Assembly (NCBI GenBank): GCA_045641425.1
Contig: JAZUGZ010000171.1
Coordinates: 1 to 35,685, forward strand
Source of the DNA: Candidatus Fimenecus sp.
Lineage (GTDB): Bacteria > Bacillota > Clostridia > Oscillospirales > Acutalibacteraceae
Direction: 5' to 3'
Length of the DNA: 35,685 nucleotides
Under the pieces are notes generated by a model. That model was not told the origin of the DNA. It did not search any database and saw only the letters and a list, made by a program, of their open reading frames with translations. Positions 26,057 through 34,933 of this stretch are shown here, piece after piece (the first letter of the stretch is position 1; each line of letters opens with the position of its first letter). A program made the position numbers and the translations under genes.

Positions 26057-28834
26057 TTATTCTTGTGTAAGTGCCTTTTCTTCCTTGCGTCTGCGAATAA
26101 TAACAACTGCACCTACTGTGCCAGCAACAACTGTAATTACAGCAGCAACTACAATAGCAATTGGTTTAACATTATTTTTTGCATTTTCTATAATTGCTTC
26201 TGTGTTTGGTGTTGTTGGGTCGCCAACATTTTCGAGTGATGTGTCATCATTTGGCACTTCGCCCGTGTTGTCGTTACCGTTGTTATTGCCACCATTTGCG
26301 TGACTGTTAACAATTTCTTCGTTTTCGTAGCTTAAAATTGTTCCGCCCCTGTTACCAGTTGTGTCAGTTGGGTCAAATGCCGCAGTTTGCATTACCATTC
26401 TGCAAAGGTCATAGGTACTGTCACGAAGTGCTGCACCAAAACCTACTGGGTCATTTTGGTAAGTTGTTTTAAGTGCAATTTGGAACTGAAGCTTTTCAGC
26501 AATATACCAAAGTGATGTAAGGAGTGCGTCGTTACCTGCATAAATTGCAAGAACTGGGTCCATATAGCCATTACCAGTAAAGTTAATGTAAGCGTCTGTT
26601 ACAGTAAAGCCGTCATAGCCCCATTCGTCACAAAGAAGGTCTGTTACAAGTGTCTTGTAACCACTGCACCAGTATGGTCCAATTCGGTTATAAGCTGTCA
26701 TAATACCCTTTGTGTGACCCTCTTTAACTGCAATTTCAAATGGGCGAAGGTAAAGCTCACGAAGTGCTTGTTCACTGAGCCAAGTGAAAATACCATAAGA
26801 AAGTTTATTTGTTTCTTGTTCGTCACATACAAAGTGCTTAACAGTTGGAATAATTCCGTTTGCCTGTGCGCCACGAATTACCGCAGCAGCCATTTTACCT
26901 GAAAGAAGTGGATCTTCTGAGAAATACTCGAAGTTTCTACCGCCACAAGGATGACGATGAAGGTTACAACCAGGAGCATACCAAACATGAACGCCAAGCT
27001 CAACTGCTTGTTTACCCATAATATCGCCATAATCTTCTGCAAGTTCATCGTTCCAAGTTGCTGCAAGAACTGTTTCTGCTGGGAAGCCAAGACCTACATC
27101 ACTATAAGTAAGTCCGCCGTCGCCCTTAACAGCACCAGGGCCGTCATTGTCAACTGTTCTTGGAAGACCAAGACGCTCAACACCAGCTGTCTGGTAACCA
27201 CTTTCGCAGATAAGGTCAATCATCTCTTGAAGTGTGAATTGGTCAAGGTATGCATCCCAAAGTGATTCATCAGCATAAACGTCTGCAAGTTTAATTACGC
27301 CTGATTCATAAACAACACCTGTCTTTGAAACTTCGCCCTCAATAGGGTCAGGACGAACGTCGCAATTAACAACTTCATCAGGAGCTTCAAAGTTTGTTGG
27401 AGCTTTTGGCATTGTGTCATCGCCAGCTCTTGATAAAAGTGGGAAATCTCCACGAATATCATCGAAAAGGTTCTTTATTTCTGCACCTGTGGTGTCATCT
27501 GTCTTGTAAACCTTTGTTGAAGAAACATTGTAGTTATATGTTGCCTCAAAGTCACGGCATGAATGACCAATTTTAATTTGATAGTTACCTTTTTCGAGCA
27601 CATAAGCTTCTCTGTTCATATCGTAAGAAGACATATCTCTCTTTTGGAATGTAACTGTTACTGTATCGCTTTCGCCAGGTGCAATTTCATCTGTTTTTGC
27701 ATATCCTGCAAGCTCAATTGCACTCTTTTCAATTCCACCTTCAGTATAAGGTGCTGTGAAATAAACTTCAACAACATCTTTACCAGCAACTGAGCCAGTA
27801 TTTGTAACCTTAACCTTAGCTGTAATGCTGTCGCCCGAAGTGCTAAAGCTTGCAACTTCCCAGTCAAAGGTTGTATATGAAAGGCCAAAGCCAAATGGAT
27901 ACATTACTTTTTCTGGAGCAAAGGTTTCAAAATATCTGTAACCCAAATAAATATCTTCAGCATAGTTTACAAATCCCTTAACGAGTGTGTTGCTATACTT
28001 AAAGTCGCCAAAGTTTGGTGTTGTTGGGTAATCTTCAATTTTGTATGCAATTGAGTCAGGGAGTTTACCAGATGGGTTAACATCGCCTGAAATAATCTTT
28101 GCAACAGACTCCATACCAACTTCGCCAGGGAGCCAAGTTAAAAGAACTGCCTTAACGCTTGGAAGTGAGTCAATCCAATCCATTTCATAAATGTTTGAAC
28201 TGTTAAAGATTACAATAACATTAGAAAATTCTGCACAAATCTTTTCAAGTAAAGCTTTCTCAGTTGCAGATAAACGAATATCGTCAGCTGAAAGGTCAGA
28301 CATTTCGCTACCAGCTTTACCAAAAGTAATAATAGCTGTGTCAGAAAAAGCTGTTGCATTGTCAAAAAGGCTCTGACTAATATCGCCTGCTGGGATTTCA
28401 TCAATAGATGAACCAAGAAGACCAACAACCATATCAACAAGTGGGTTGCCACCAATTGATGACTGCTTTGACTGAATGTAGTCTATATAATAATCGTGTA
28501 ATTCAGTATTGTATTCAACACCAGCAGCGTCAAGACCTGAGAAAAGGCTAATAGCCTCGCCAGTTTCAATACTACCGCTACCGCCACCACCTAAATTAAG
28601 GTTGTAAGATGTTACACCAAAAACGCTAACCTTTTTGTTTTGAAGCGGTAAAAGGTCGCCTTTGTTTTCGATTAAAACTGTACCCTCTGCTTGAATTTGC
28701 TTTGCAATATCAACAGCGCTGTTTTTTGTGTCATCAGCAATCTTGCTTGACACGGCAAGTGTAGTTACTGCCGCTGAAACAGCTAAAACAATTGCAAGAA
28801 CAATTGCAAGGGCAGATTTTATGTGTTTTTTCAT
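26057..28834 (-). CDS. Glycoside hydrolase family 3 with permuted domain order, signal/anchor N-terminus and C-terminal TM anchor
   Basis: The N-terminal half matches the GH3 alpha/beta-sandwich domain (VLIENKGDLLPL...GGGGSGSI...VNPSGKLP), followed by PFGFGLSYTTF and an Fn3-like segment. The C-terminal half matches the GH3 barrel (KHFVCDEQE...AYNRIG...GFTVTDAY, which holds the nucleophile Asp). Then comes an Asn/Gly/Asp-rich linker and the TM IAIVVAAVITVVAGTVGAVVII followed by RRRKEEK. I prefer ATG 28834, with GGGAGGTG upstream. Confidence 0.88.
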   Translation of the reverse strand: MKKHIKSALAIVLAIVLAVSAAVTTLAVSSKIADDTKNSAVDIAKQIQAEGTVLIENKGDLLPLQNKKVSVFGVTSYNLNLGGGGSGSIETGEAISLFSGLDAAGVEYNTELHDYYIDYIQSKQSSIGGNPLVDMVVGLLGSSIDEIPAGDISQSLFDNATAFSDTAIITFGKAGSEMSDLSADDIRLSATEKALLEKICAEFSNVIVIFNSSNIYEMDWIDSLPSVKAVLLTWLPGEVGMESVAKIISGDVNPSGKLPDSIAYKIEDYPTTPNFGDFKYSNTLVKGFVNYAEDIYLGYRYFETFAPEKVMYPFGFGLSYTTFDWEVASFSTSGDSITAKVKVTNTGSVAGKDVVEVYFTAPYTEGGIEKSAIELAGYAKTDEIAPGESDTVTVTFQKRDMSSYDMNREAYVLEKGNYQIKIGHSCRDFEATYNYNVSSTKVYKTDDTTGAEIKNLFDDIRGDFPLLSRAGDDTMPKAPTNFEAPDEVVNCDVRPDPIEGEVSKTGVVYESGVIKLADVYADESLWDAYLDQFTLQEMIDLICESGYQTAGVERLGLPRTVDNDGPGAVKGDGGLTYSDVGLGFPAETVLAATWNDELAEDYGDIMGKQAVELGVHVWYAPGCNLHRHPCGGRNFEYFSEDPLLSGKMAAAVIRGAQANGIIPTVKHFVCDEQETNKLSYGIFTWLSEQALRELYLRPFEIAVKEGHTKGIMTAYNRIGPYWCSGYKTLVTDLLCDEWGYDGFTVTDAYINFTGNGYMDPVLAIYAGNDALLTSLWYIAEKLQFQIALKTTYQNDPVGFGAALRDSTYDLCRMVMQTAAFDPTDTTGNRGGTILSYENEEIVNSHANGGNNNGNDNTGEVPNDDTSLENVGDPTTPNTEAIIENAKNNVKPIAIVVAAVITVVAGTVGAVVIIRRRKEEKALTQE

Positions 28835-28948
28835 AAAAACACCTCCCAAATTATTCCGTAAACATCAGTTTAACATCAATTTGTCTATTTGTAAATCGTT
28901 GAAATGCTTAAAGTTTAGTTGAATATTCCGTCAAAATAGCTATGAAAA

Positions 28949-28970
28949 CAAATTTTGTGTCAAATTTTGT
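28949..28970. repeat. Direct repeat of CAAATTTTGT (12-bp period), candidate operator
   Basis: CAAATTTTGT occurs at 28949-28958 and 28961-28970. Each unit contains the palindrome CAAA-T-TTTG. It lies in the 251-bp divergent region between the GH3 and GPH transporter genes. Confidence 0.3.
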
Positions 28971-29085
28971 TACCGAAAAACTCCCGCTTAGTAATATATA
29001 TAATATGTATTGTACCTTTTGCACTATTTGAAGCATAATTATTCTACTTATCCGTCAATAGAAAAATAAACAAAAATAAGGTATT

Positions 29086-30570
29086 ATGTTATTTAACACT
29101 TACGAAAGGGTGATTCTCTTGTCAGACAATATTTTAGCTGCTAAAGACCAAAAGCACCTTGGCAAGCCAGAGTTCATTATGTATGTTGTAGCACTTTTCT
29201 TCTACACCATGATGACAGGTATGATTGGCGGTTACAGAAACGCTTATCTTGTTAACGTACTTCGTCTTGAAGCAAGCCAAACATCACTTTACAACATTCT
29301 TATTAGCGTTATTCCTTTCTTCCTCAATTTCTTAATTGCTATGTATATTGACGGCAGAAAGATTGGCAAGCAGGGTAAATTCCGTCCACTTGTTATGCTT
29401 GCTGCAATTCCTGCAGGTGTTTTACTTGTCCTTAACTTCTGGGCACCTAAAGCATTTACCGGCACAATTCTTATGATTTACATTGTAACAATTGCTATTG
29501 GTTGGGCTGTTGCTACTAACTTCTGCAACTCAATTAACTTAATGGCAAACGTTATGACACCAAACCTTAAAGAGCGTGACAGCCTTATTTCTATTAGAAG
29601 TATTTCTTCAGCTGTTGGTAACTCTGCTCCGCTTGTTGTTGCTCTTGTTGTTGAAGAGATTATCAAGGCAGCAAATGGTGGCGAGAAAAACGAAGGTTTA
29701 CTTTACATTATTTGTGCTTCACTTTGCTCAGTAGTAGGCGTTATTACAATGCTTATTGGTATGAAATTAGTTCGCGAACGTGTTGTTTATTCAACTGAAA
29801 AGAAAAATCCTCTTGTTGGATTTGTTGATATTCTTAAGAATAAATATGCTTGGGCAATTATTGTTTCTGACTTCCTTAAAACATTCAGAAATATTGCTAC
29901 TTACATGGGCGTATTTATGGCAGCAGCACTTCTTGGTTCAACTTCAAAGTTCGTTCTTTTCGGACTTCCAACCGGTATTGGTACTGCAGTTGGTATGCTT
30001 ATTATTAACTTCTTACTTAAGAAATTCAACTCAAAAATTCTTTACATCGCAAGTGGTGTTTATTCAGTTATTATTAATACTGCTGCATTTGCAGTTGGTG
30101 TTGCATACTTCAAGAGTGAAAACAGTGCATTACAGATTGTATTCATTATCTTCCTCTTCCTTATTGGTCTTCAGTTTGGTGCATCAAACCTTCTTCCTAC
30201 AATGTTCCAGGCTGACGTTCTTGAGTCAATTGAGCTTCAAACTGGTGGTAAGCGTCTTGACGCATCACTTCCATTTGTTATTGGTGTTGGCACACTTATT
30301 AGCGGTACAATCGCAAATGCTCTTGCACCAATTATTCTTTATGGCGACAACCCAGTTATTTCAGTTATTCACTACATTCAGCCAACAGACCTTGTTCCTG
30401 ACCCAGTTCAGTCAACACAAACAAAGATTGCAATGCTCTTCTTCTACACAATTTTCCATGGTCTTATGATGTTCCTTGCAGGCGTTCCATACTTCTTCTA
30501 CAAGCTTACAGGTAAGACAAAAGAAGATATGCACGATGCAGTTCTTTTACAGCGTGAAAATATGAAATAA
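29086..30570 (+). CDS. GPH-family (MFS_2) glycoside-pentoside-hexuronide:cation symporter
   Basis: 494 aa with about 12 TMs. Loop 2-3 signature YIDGRKIGKQGKFRPLVMLAAIP and TPNLKERDSL. The start is uncertain: ATG 29086 has a weak RBS, while TTG 29119 has AAAGGG 8 nt upstream. Confidence 0.82.
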   Translation: MLFNTYERVILLSDNILAAKDQKHLGKPEFIMYVVALFFYTMMTGMIGGYRNAYLVNVLRLEASQTSLYNILISVIPFFLNFLIAMYIDGRKIGKQGKFRPLVMLAAIPAGVLLVLNFWAPKAFTGTILMIYIVTIAIGWAVATNFCNSINLMANVMTPNLKERDSLISIRSISSAVGNSAPLVVALVVEEIIKAANGGEKNEGLLYIICASLCSVVGVITMLIGMKLVRERVVYSTEKKNPLVGFVDILKNKYAWAIIVSDFLKTFRNIATYMGVFMAAALLGSTSKFVLFGLPTGIGTAVGMLIINFLLKKFNSKILYIASGVYSVIINTAAFAVGVAYFKSENSALQIVFIIFLFLIGLQFGASNLLPTMFQADVLESIELQTGGKRLDASLPFVIGVGTLISGTIANALAPIILYGDNPVISVIHYIQPTDLVPDPVQSTQTKIAMLFFYTIFHGLMMFLAGVPYFFYKLTGKTKEDMHDAVLLQRENMK

Positions 30571-30581
30571 TAATTCATAGC

Positions 30582-30617
30582 AAAAAACCCAGCTGAAATC
30601 AGCTGGGTTCTTTTTTT
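30582..30617. terminator. Bidirectional intrinsic terminator between convergent genes
   Basis: AAAAAA CCCAGCTG aaat CAGCTGGG TTCTTTTTTT. Confidence 0.85.
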
Positions 30618-30629
30618 ATGTTTTTTAAT

Positions 30630-31847
30630 TTAGCCTTGACGGTAAGAATCAAGAAAGTCTGCAATTTTGCCTGTTGCTTCGCGGAGATCCTCAATTCTTG
30701 GAAGATAAACCACTCTGAAATGGTCTGGCTCTTTCCAGTTAAAGCCACCACCGTGAATAATAAGAATCTTCTTTTCACGCAAAAGATCAAGTGCAAATTG
30801 CTCGTCATTTTTAATATTAAATTTCTTTGTGTCGATTTTAGGAAAGATGTAAAATGCTGCTTTTGGTTTTACAGCTGTAATTCCCGGAATATCGTTAAGA
30901 GCGTTGTAAATATATTCTCTCTGCTCATAAATTCTACCGCCAGGAACTATATAGTTGTTAACACTTTGGTAACCACCAAGAGCAGTTTGAACTATTGACT
31001 GTGCTGGCACATTTGAGCAAAGTCGCATATTTGAAAGCATATTTATACCCTCAATATAGTCCTTTGCAGCTGACTTATTACCGCTAAGTATCATCCAACC
31101 AATTCTGTACCCTGCTATCATGTGGGATTTTGAAAGTCCACTAAATGTAACGCAGAAAACATCTGGTGCTAAAGAAGCTATTGAAATATGCTCTTCGCCA
31201 TCCATTACGAGTCGGTCATAAATCTCGTCCGAGAAAATCATAATTCCGTTTTCTCTTGCAACCTTAACAATTTCAAGAAGTAGCTCTTTTGGGTAAAGTG
31301 CACCAGTTGGGTTATTAGGGTTAATAATTACAATAGCCTTTGTTCTATCTGTAATTTTGCTCTTAATATCTGCAATGTCAGGGTACCACTCGGCACTTTC
31401 GTCACAAATATAATGAACTGCTGTGCCACCAGCAAGAGTAACACAAGCTGTCCAAAGTGGGTAGTCAGGTGATGGAACTAAAACTTCATCTCCATCATCT
31501 AAAAGTGCTGACATACTAAGATTTATAAGCTCACTAACTCCGTTACCAGTATAAATATCGTTAACAGATACATTAGGAATATTTTTAGTTTGAGCATATT
31601 GCATTATTGCTTTTCTTGCCGCAAAAAGTCCCTTTGAGTCAGAGTAACCTTCGCAGTCTGTTAATTGGCGCTGCATATCATAAATTACTTCATCAGGTGT
31701 GCGGAAGCCAAACGGAGCAGGGTTGCCAATGTTAAGTTTTAGAACATTCATGCCCTTTGCTTCCATTTTTGCTGCTTCGTCAACAACTGGACCACGAACA
31801 TCGTAAAGAACATTATCAAGTTTAGTTGATTTTTTGAATTCGCGCAT
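30630..31847 (-). CDS. alaA: Alanine (glutamate-pyruvate) aminotransferase, class I PLP-dependent
   Basis: 405 aa. It appears collinear with E. coli AlaA as I recall it: KLDNVLYDVRGPV, LKLNIGNPAPFGF, IINPNNPTGA, FSGLSKSHMIAGYR (PLP Lys) and FNW..PDHFR. Confidence 0.88.
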   Translation of the reverse strand: MREFKKSTKLDNVLYDVRGPVVDEAAKMEAKGMNVLKLNIGNPAPFGFRTPDEVIYDMQRQLTDCEGYSDSKGLFAARKAIMQYAQTKNIPNVSVNDIYTGNGVSELINLSMSALLDDGDEVLVPSPDYPLWTACVTLAGGTAVHYICDESAEWYPDIADIKSKITDRTKAIVIINPNNPTGALYPKELLLEIVKVARENGIMIFSDEIYDRLVMDGEEHISIASLAPDVFCVTFSGLSKSHMIAGYRIGWMILSGNKSAAKDYIEGINMLSNMRLCSNVPAQSIVQTALGGYQSVNNYIVPGGRIYEQREYIYNALNDIPGITAVKPKAAFYIFPKIDTKKFNIKNDEQFALDLLREKKILIIHGGGFNWKEPDHFRVVYLPRIEDLREATGKIADFLDSYRQG

Positions 31848-31864
31848 ATCTATTTCCTTTCAAG

Positions 31865-33007
31865 TTAAAACAACCAATATTTTGAAATTAAGTAGCCAGG
31901 TAAGGCAACTATAATGAAAAATGCCCAGCTAATAAGAGTAAACACCTTAATAAACTTCAGACCATTTTTCGGATATTCTCTAACATAAATTCGGTAGTTG
32001 ATTACTGAAGCGAGCGAGCCAATTAGCGAGCAAAGTCCCGCTGTATCAACACCATATAAAAGTGCCGCCAAATTTTTAGTGAATGGATAAAGAACTATTG
32101 ACGCCGGCACATTTGAAATTACTTGGCTTAAAAGTATTCCCCAAGCGTATTCGTGGTTTCCCACTGCATTTGTAAGGAATTTTGAAATACTTTCATTCTC
32201 TGCAATTTGTGAAGAGAATACAAAGAAACAAAAAAATGTTAAAAGCAATACATAGTCTGTTTTTATAAGCACTTTTCTATCAAATACTAAAACAGTTGCA
32301 AGAACTACGCCTGCTACTCCGAACCAGTAAGGTGTTCTTGAAACAATAGTTATTATTATAGCAATAAAAAGCAAAATGTAAATAGCTCTTTGTTTTTTTC
32401 TTTTGGGATTCCACTTTTCTGTGGTGTTTCCTTCCCAAATAATTCTCTCTTTTATGTCTTTTCTATAAAGGAAGAAAATGAATATAGAGAGCAAAACAGC
32501 CGACGAAACCCAAAGCGGCGACATGTGAAGCATAAAATTCCAAGCACTAACGCCTGTTTGCCCAAAAAGGAACAAGTTTTGCGGACTACCAAAAGGCATA
32601 AGTAGCGAGCCACGAATTGCCGCAATATTTTCCATTGAAATTACTGGTAAAATGTACTTTTCTTTGCCACCAGCTCTGAAAAGAATAATTGTAAGTGGCA
32701 CAAAAATAATAAGTGACACATCATTAGTCACAAACATTGACGAAAAGAACACGCTAAAAATAAGAAAAAATGAAAGACCAACCATTGAGCCAATTTTCTC
32801 GGCAAATTTCAGTAATGGTCTAAAAATATTTTCTTTCTTAAATCCTTCAAGAACTGTAAGCATCATAAAAAGAGTTACAAGTGTGTGCCAGTCAATATTT
32901 TTAAGCAAATCTACACTCGGCTTTGTAATAAACAGCGAAATTACCGCCGCTAAAACCGACACTGTTAGCATTAACTCTTTTTTTAGAAATGCAACAACTT
33001 TTTTCAT
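31865..33007 (-). CDS. YbiR-like anion permease (ArsB/NhaD superfamily)
   Basis: 380 aa and polytopic. The N-terminal ...DLLKNIDWHTLVTLFMMLTVLEGFKKENIF pattern is typical of the CitMHS/YbiR type. The start overlaps the upstream stop (ATGA). Confidence 0.7.
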   Translation of the reverse strand: MKKVVAFLKKELMLTVSVLAAVISLFITKPSVDLLKNIDWHTLVTLFMMLTVLEGFKKENIFRPLLKFAEKIGSMVGLSFFLIFSVFFSSMFVTNDVSLIIFVPLTIILFRAGGKEKYILPVISMENIAAIRGSLLMPFGSPQNLFLFGQTGVSAWNFMLHMSPLWVSSAVLLSIFIFFLYRKDIKERIIWEGNTTEKWNPKRKKQRAIYILLFIAIIITIVSRTPYWFGVAGVVLATVLVFDRKVLIKTDYVLLLTFFCFFVFSSQIAENESISKFLTNAVGNHEYAWGILLSQVISNVPASIVLYPFTKNLAALLYGVDTAGLCSLIGSLASVINYRIYVREYPKNGLKFIKVFTLISWAFFIIVALPGYLISKYWLF

Positions 33008-34020
33008 ATTGTTTCCTTATTTCTCTTAATTGTTTTCTTCATGGTTTTTATTATTTTATCATAAACAAATGCACAAGCAGTTGCAATTATTACTCCTAAA
33101 AAAGCAACCGCAATATTGTTAAATCCTAATTTATTTGCTAAAACATCAACCGCTCTTACTGGGTAAATGTGAATTAAGTAAAGCGGATAGCTTATAATTG
33201 CAACGCTGAGAAGTATCTTTGATTTATAAAGCTTTGAATCAAGTGAAATTGCAATTAAAAGCACAAAAAGGCAAATAAGTCCACAAACTGCACCCTCAAG
33301 CACGCCAAAGCCTTTGCTTGTTAAATATTCTCTTATATATGTCATTAAAACTACCGAAACAGCAACAGCTAAATAAAAAAGTACTGTTGAAACATAGCTT
33401 TTCTTTGCTGTAGGTTTATGTGCTTTTTTCATAATTTCAAACGCGACTATACCAAATCCAAACTCAAGCAAATAGCTATTACACCAAAAAGTGAATGGTA
33501 ACAGCTTAATTCCTTTAAGGCAAACGCCGAGAACTGAAAGCACTACACAAACAGCTAAAGTTATATAGCCCCTATTTTTATGGCTTAATTTTTTGCTTAT
33601 CCAAAAAATAAAGTAAAAAAGCATTTCGAAATTAAGAGTCCATCCGAGCCCTAAAATTGGCTGTTCAATTCCGCTGTGCTCATATGGGATAAATAAAAGA
33701 GTTTTTATTAAATAAACAGGTGTAACTTCATAAGAATTAAAAAGGCTTGGTAAAACTAGAATTAAAACTGATGTGAAAAGCGTCATTATGTAATAAAGCG
33801 GTAAAATTTTTGTAAGTCGCTTTTTCCAAAATGGTCTGTTCTCTTTTTCAGTTGAGAGCATAATTACATAGCCCGAAATAACAAAGAAAAAGTTAACAGC
33901 AACAGCACCAATTCCTGCACCAAATGCTGTATGGCTAAATACGACTAGCAAACAAGAAATTGCTCTAATTAGCTCAATTGATTCAATTCGTCCTGTTCGT
34001 TTTTGCATTACGTTTTGCAT
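33004..34020 (-). CDS. Acyltransferase family 3 (membrane O-acyltransferase)
   Basis: RIESIELIRAISCLLVVFSHT...FFVISGYV are the hallmark N-terminal motifs. About 10 TMs. GGAGAG RBS. Confidence 0.82.
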   Translation of the reverse strand: MQNVMQKRTGRIESIELIRAISCLLVVFSHTAFGAGIGAVAVNFFFVISGYVIMLSTEKENRPFWKKRLTKILPLYYIMTLFTSVLILVLPSLFNSYEVTPVYLIKTLLFIPYEHSGIEQPILGLGWTLNFEMLFYFIFWISKKLSHKNRGYITLAVCVVLSVLGVCLKGIKLLPFTFWCNSYLLEFGFGIVAFEIMKKAHKPTAKKSYVSTVLFYLAVAVSVVLMTYIREYLTSKGFGVLEGAVCGLICLFVLLIAISLDSKLYKSKILLSVAIISYPLYLIHIYPVRAVDVLANKLGFNNIAVAFLGVIIATACAFVYDKIIKTMKKTIKRNKETI

Positions 34021-34039
34021 ATTCTCTCCACATTTTTAT

Positions 34040-34915
34040 TTAACTATCAATATCCACAACAACAATTTCGGGGTAGTTAAAAAGTCTTAACGGCATTAAG
34101 CTGTTGCCAAGACCACGACTAATAATTTCGGTTGTACCACCTGAAATAACTTCGCCCTCTGTAAGTTTAGGGAAAAAGCCTTGGTCAGGGGCAATTACTG
34201 GGCCTAAAAGTGGCAATCTAAACTGCCCACCGTGTGCGTGACCAGTAAAGACTAAATCTGCCCCAGCCTTATTGTAATTTTCTAAATACTGTGGCTCGTG
34301 AGCCAAAACAACATTAAAATTCGTATTTGAATTTTTAATTTCAGTTGAGAGTGTTGGAGTGCCGAGTGAATAATCGTCAAGACCAATAAGAGTAAAATTT
34401 TCACCAAATTCAGTTATTTCGGCACTTTCGTCATCAAGAATTATTACTCCGGCATTTTTAAGGCCTTCAAAAAGTTTGTCTTGTACCGATTTTGGCAATG
34501 CTTTTTCGTGGTTGCCAGTTACGTAATAAGTGTCAGCGATTTCGCAAAGCTTTTCGGCAGTTTTAATTGCGCCCTCGATATTTGTATGTGTTCTGTCAGC
34601 AATGTCGCCAGTAATTACAATAATATCTGGCTTTTGCTCTTTAACCTTTTCGGCTAAAAAGTTTTCATTAAACCAAAAATTTTTGTTGTGCAAATCTGAA
34701 ACCTGCACAATTCTGCATTTAATATTTTCTTTATTGTAGCTATATTTTGTAACAACTAAATTATTGTTTTGATAAAGGCAAAAAGCACAAAACAAAATAT
34801 TGAACACAACTGAAATAGCAATTATTAAATTTTTTTGATTTGTTTTCTTAATTATCAATCGAGCAAATTCCACAAAGAAAACCGCATATAAAATTATAAA
34901 CAAAAATGCTATCAT
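34040..34915 (-). CDS. Membrane-anchored calcineurin-like metallophosphoesterase
   Basis: Two N-terminal TMs, then VSDLHN, ITGDIADR, GNHE, LAHEP and GHAHGGQ motifs. Confidence 0.85.
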   Translation of the reverse strand: MIAFLFIILYAVFFVEFARLIIKKTNQKNLIIAISVVFNILFCAFCLYQNNNLVVTKYSYNKENIKCRIVQVSDLHNKNFWFNENFLAEKVKEQKPDIIVITGDIADRTHTNIEGAIKTAEKLCEIADTYYVTGNHEKALPKSVQDKLFEGLKNAGVIILDDESAEITEFGENFTLIGLDDYSLGTPTLSTEIKNSNTNFNVVLAHEPQYLENYNKAGADLVFTGHAHGGQFRLPLLGPVIAPDQGFFPKLTEGEVISGGTTEIISRGLGNSLMPLRLFNYPEIVVVDIDS

Positions 34916-34933
34916 TAATTTTCAACTCTTAAA

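Noticed and set aside
28890-28904. Possible CcpA cre site (TGTAAATCGTTGAAA)
   Set aside because: The central CG is out of register with the TGWAANCGNTNWCA consensus and the half-sites are not palindromic.
28853-29060. Three copies of a TCCGT(C)AA-like motif (near 28855, 28927 and 29051) in the GH3/GPH intergenic region
   Set aside because: The core is only 6-8 nt, the copies are imperfect and the spacing is irregular. This is within chance expectation for a 250-bp AT-rich region.
29780-30469. 229-aa plus-strand ORF nested in another frame of the GPH transporter gene
   Set aside because: The translation is Leu/Ser/Phe/Gln-rich and low in complexity, with no RBS. It lies entirely inside a gene whose own frame shows clear GPH motifs, so it is an alternative-frame artefact of AT-rich, T-rich membrane-protein coding sequence.
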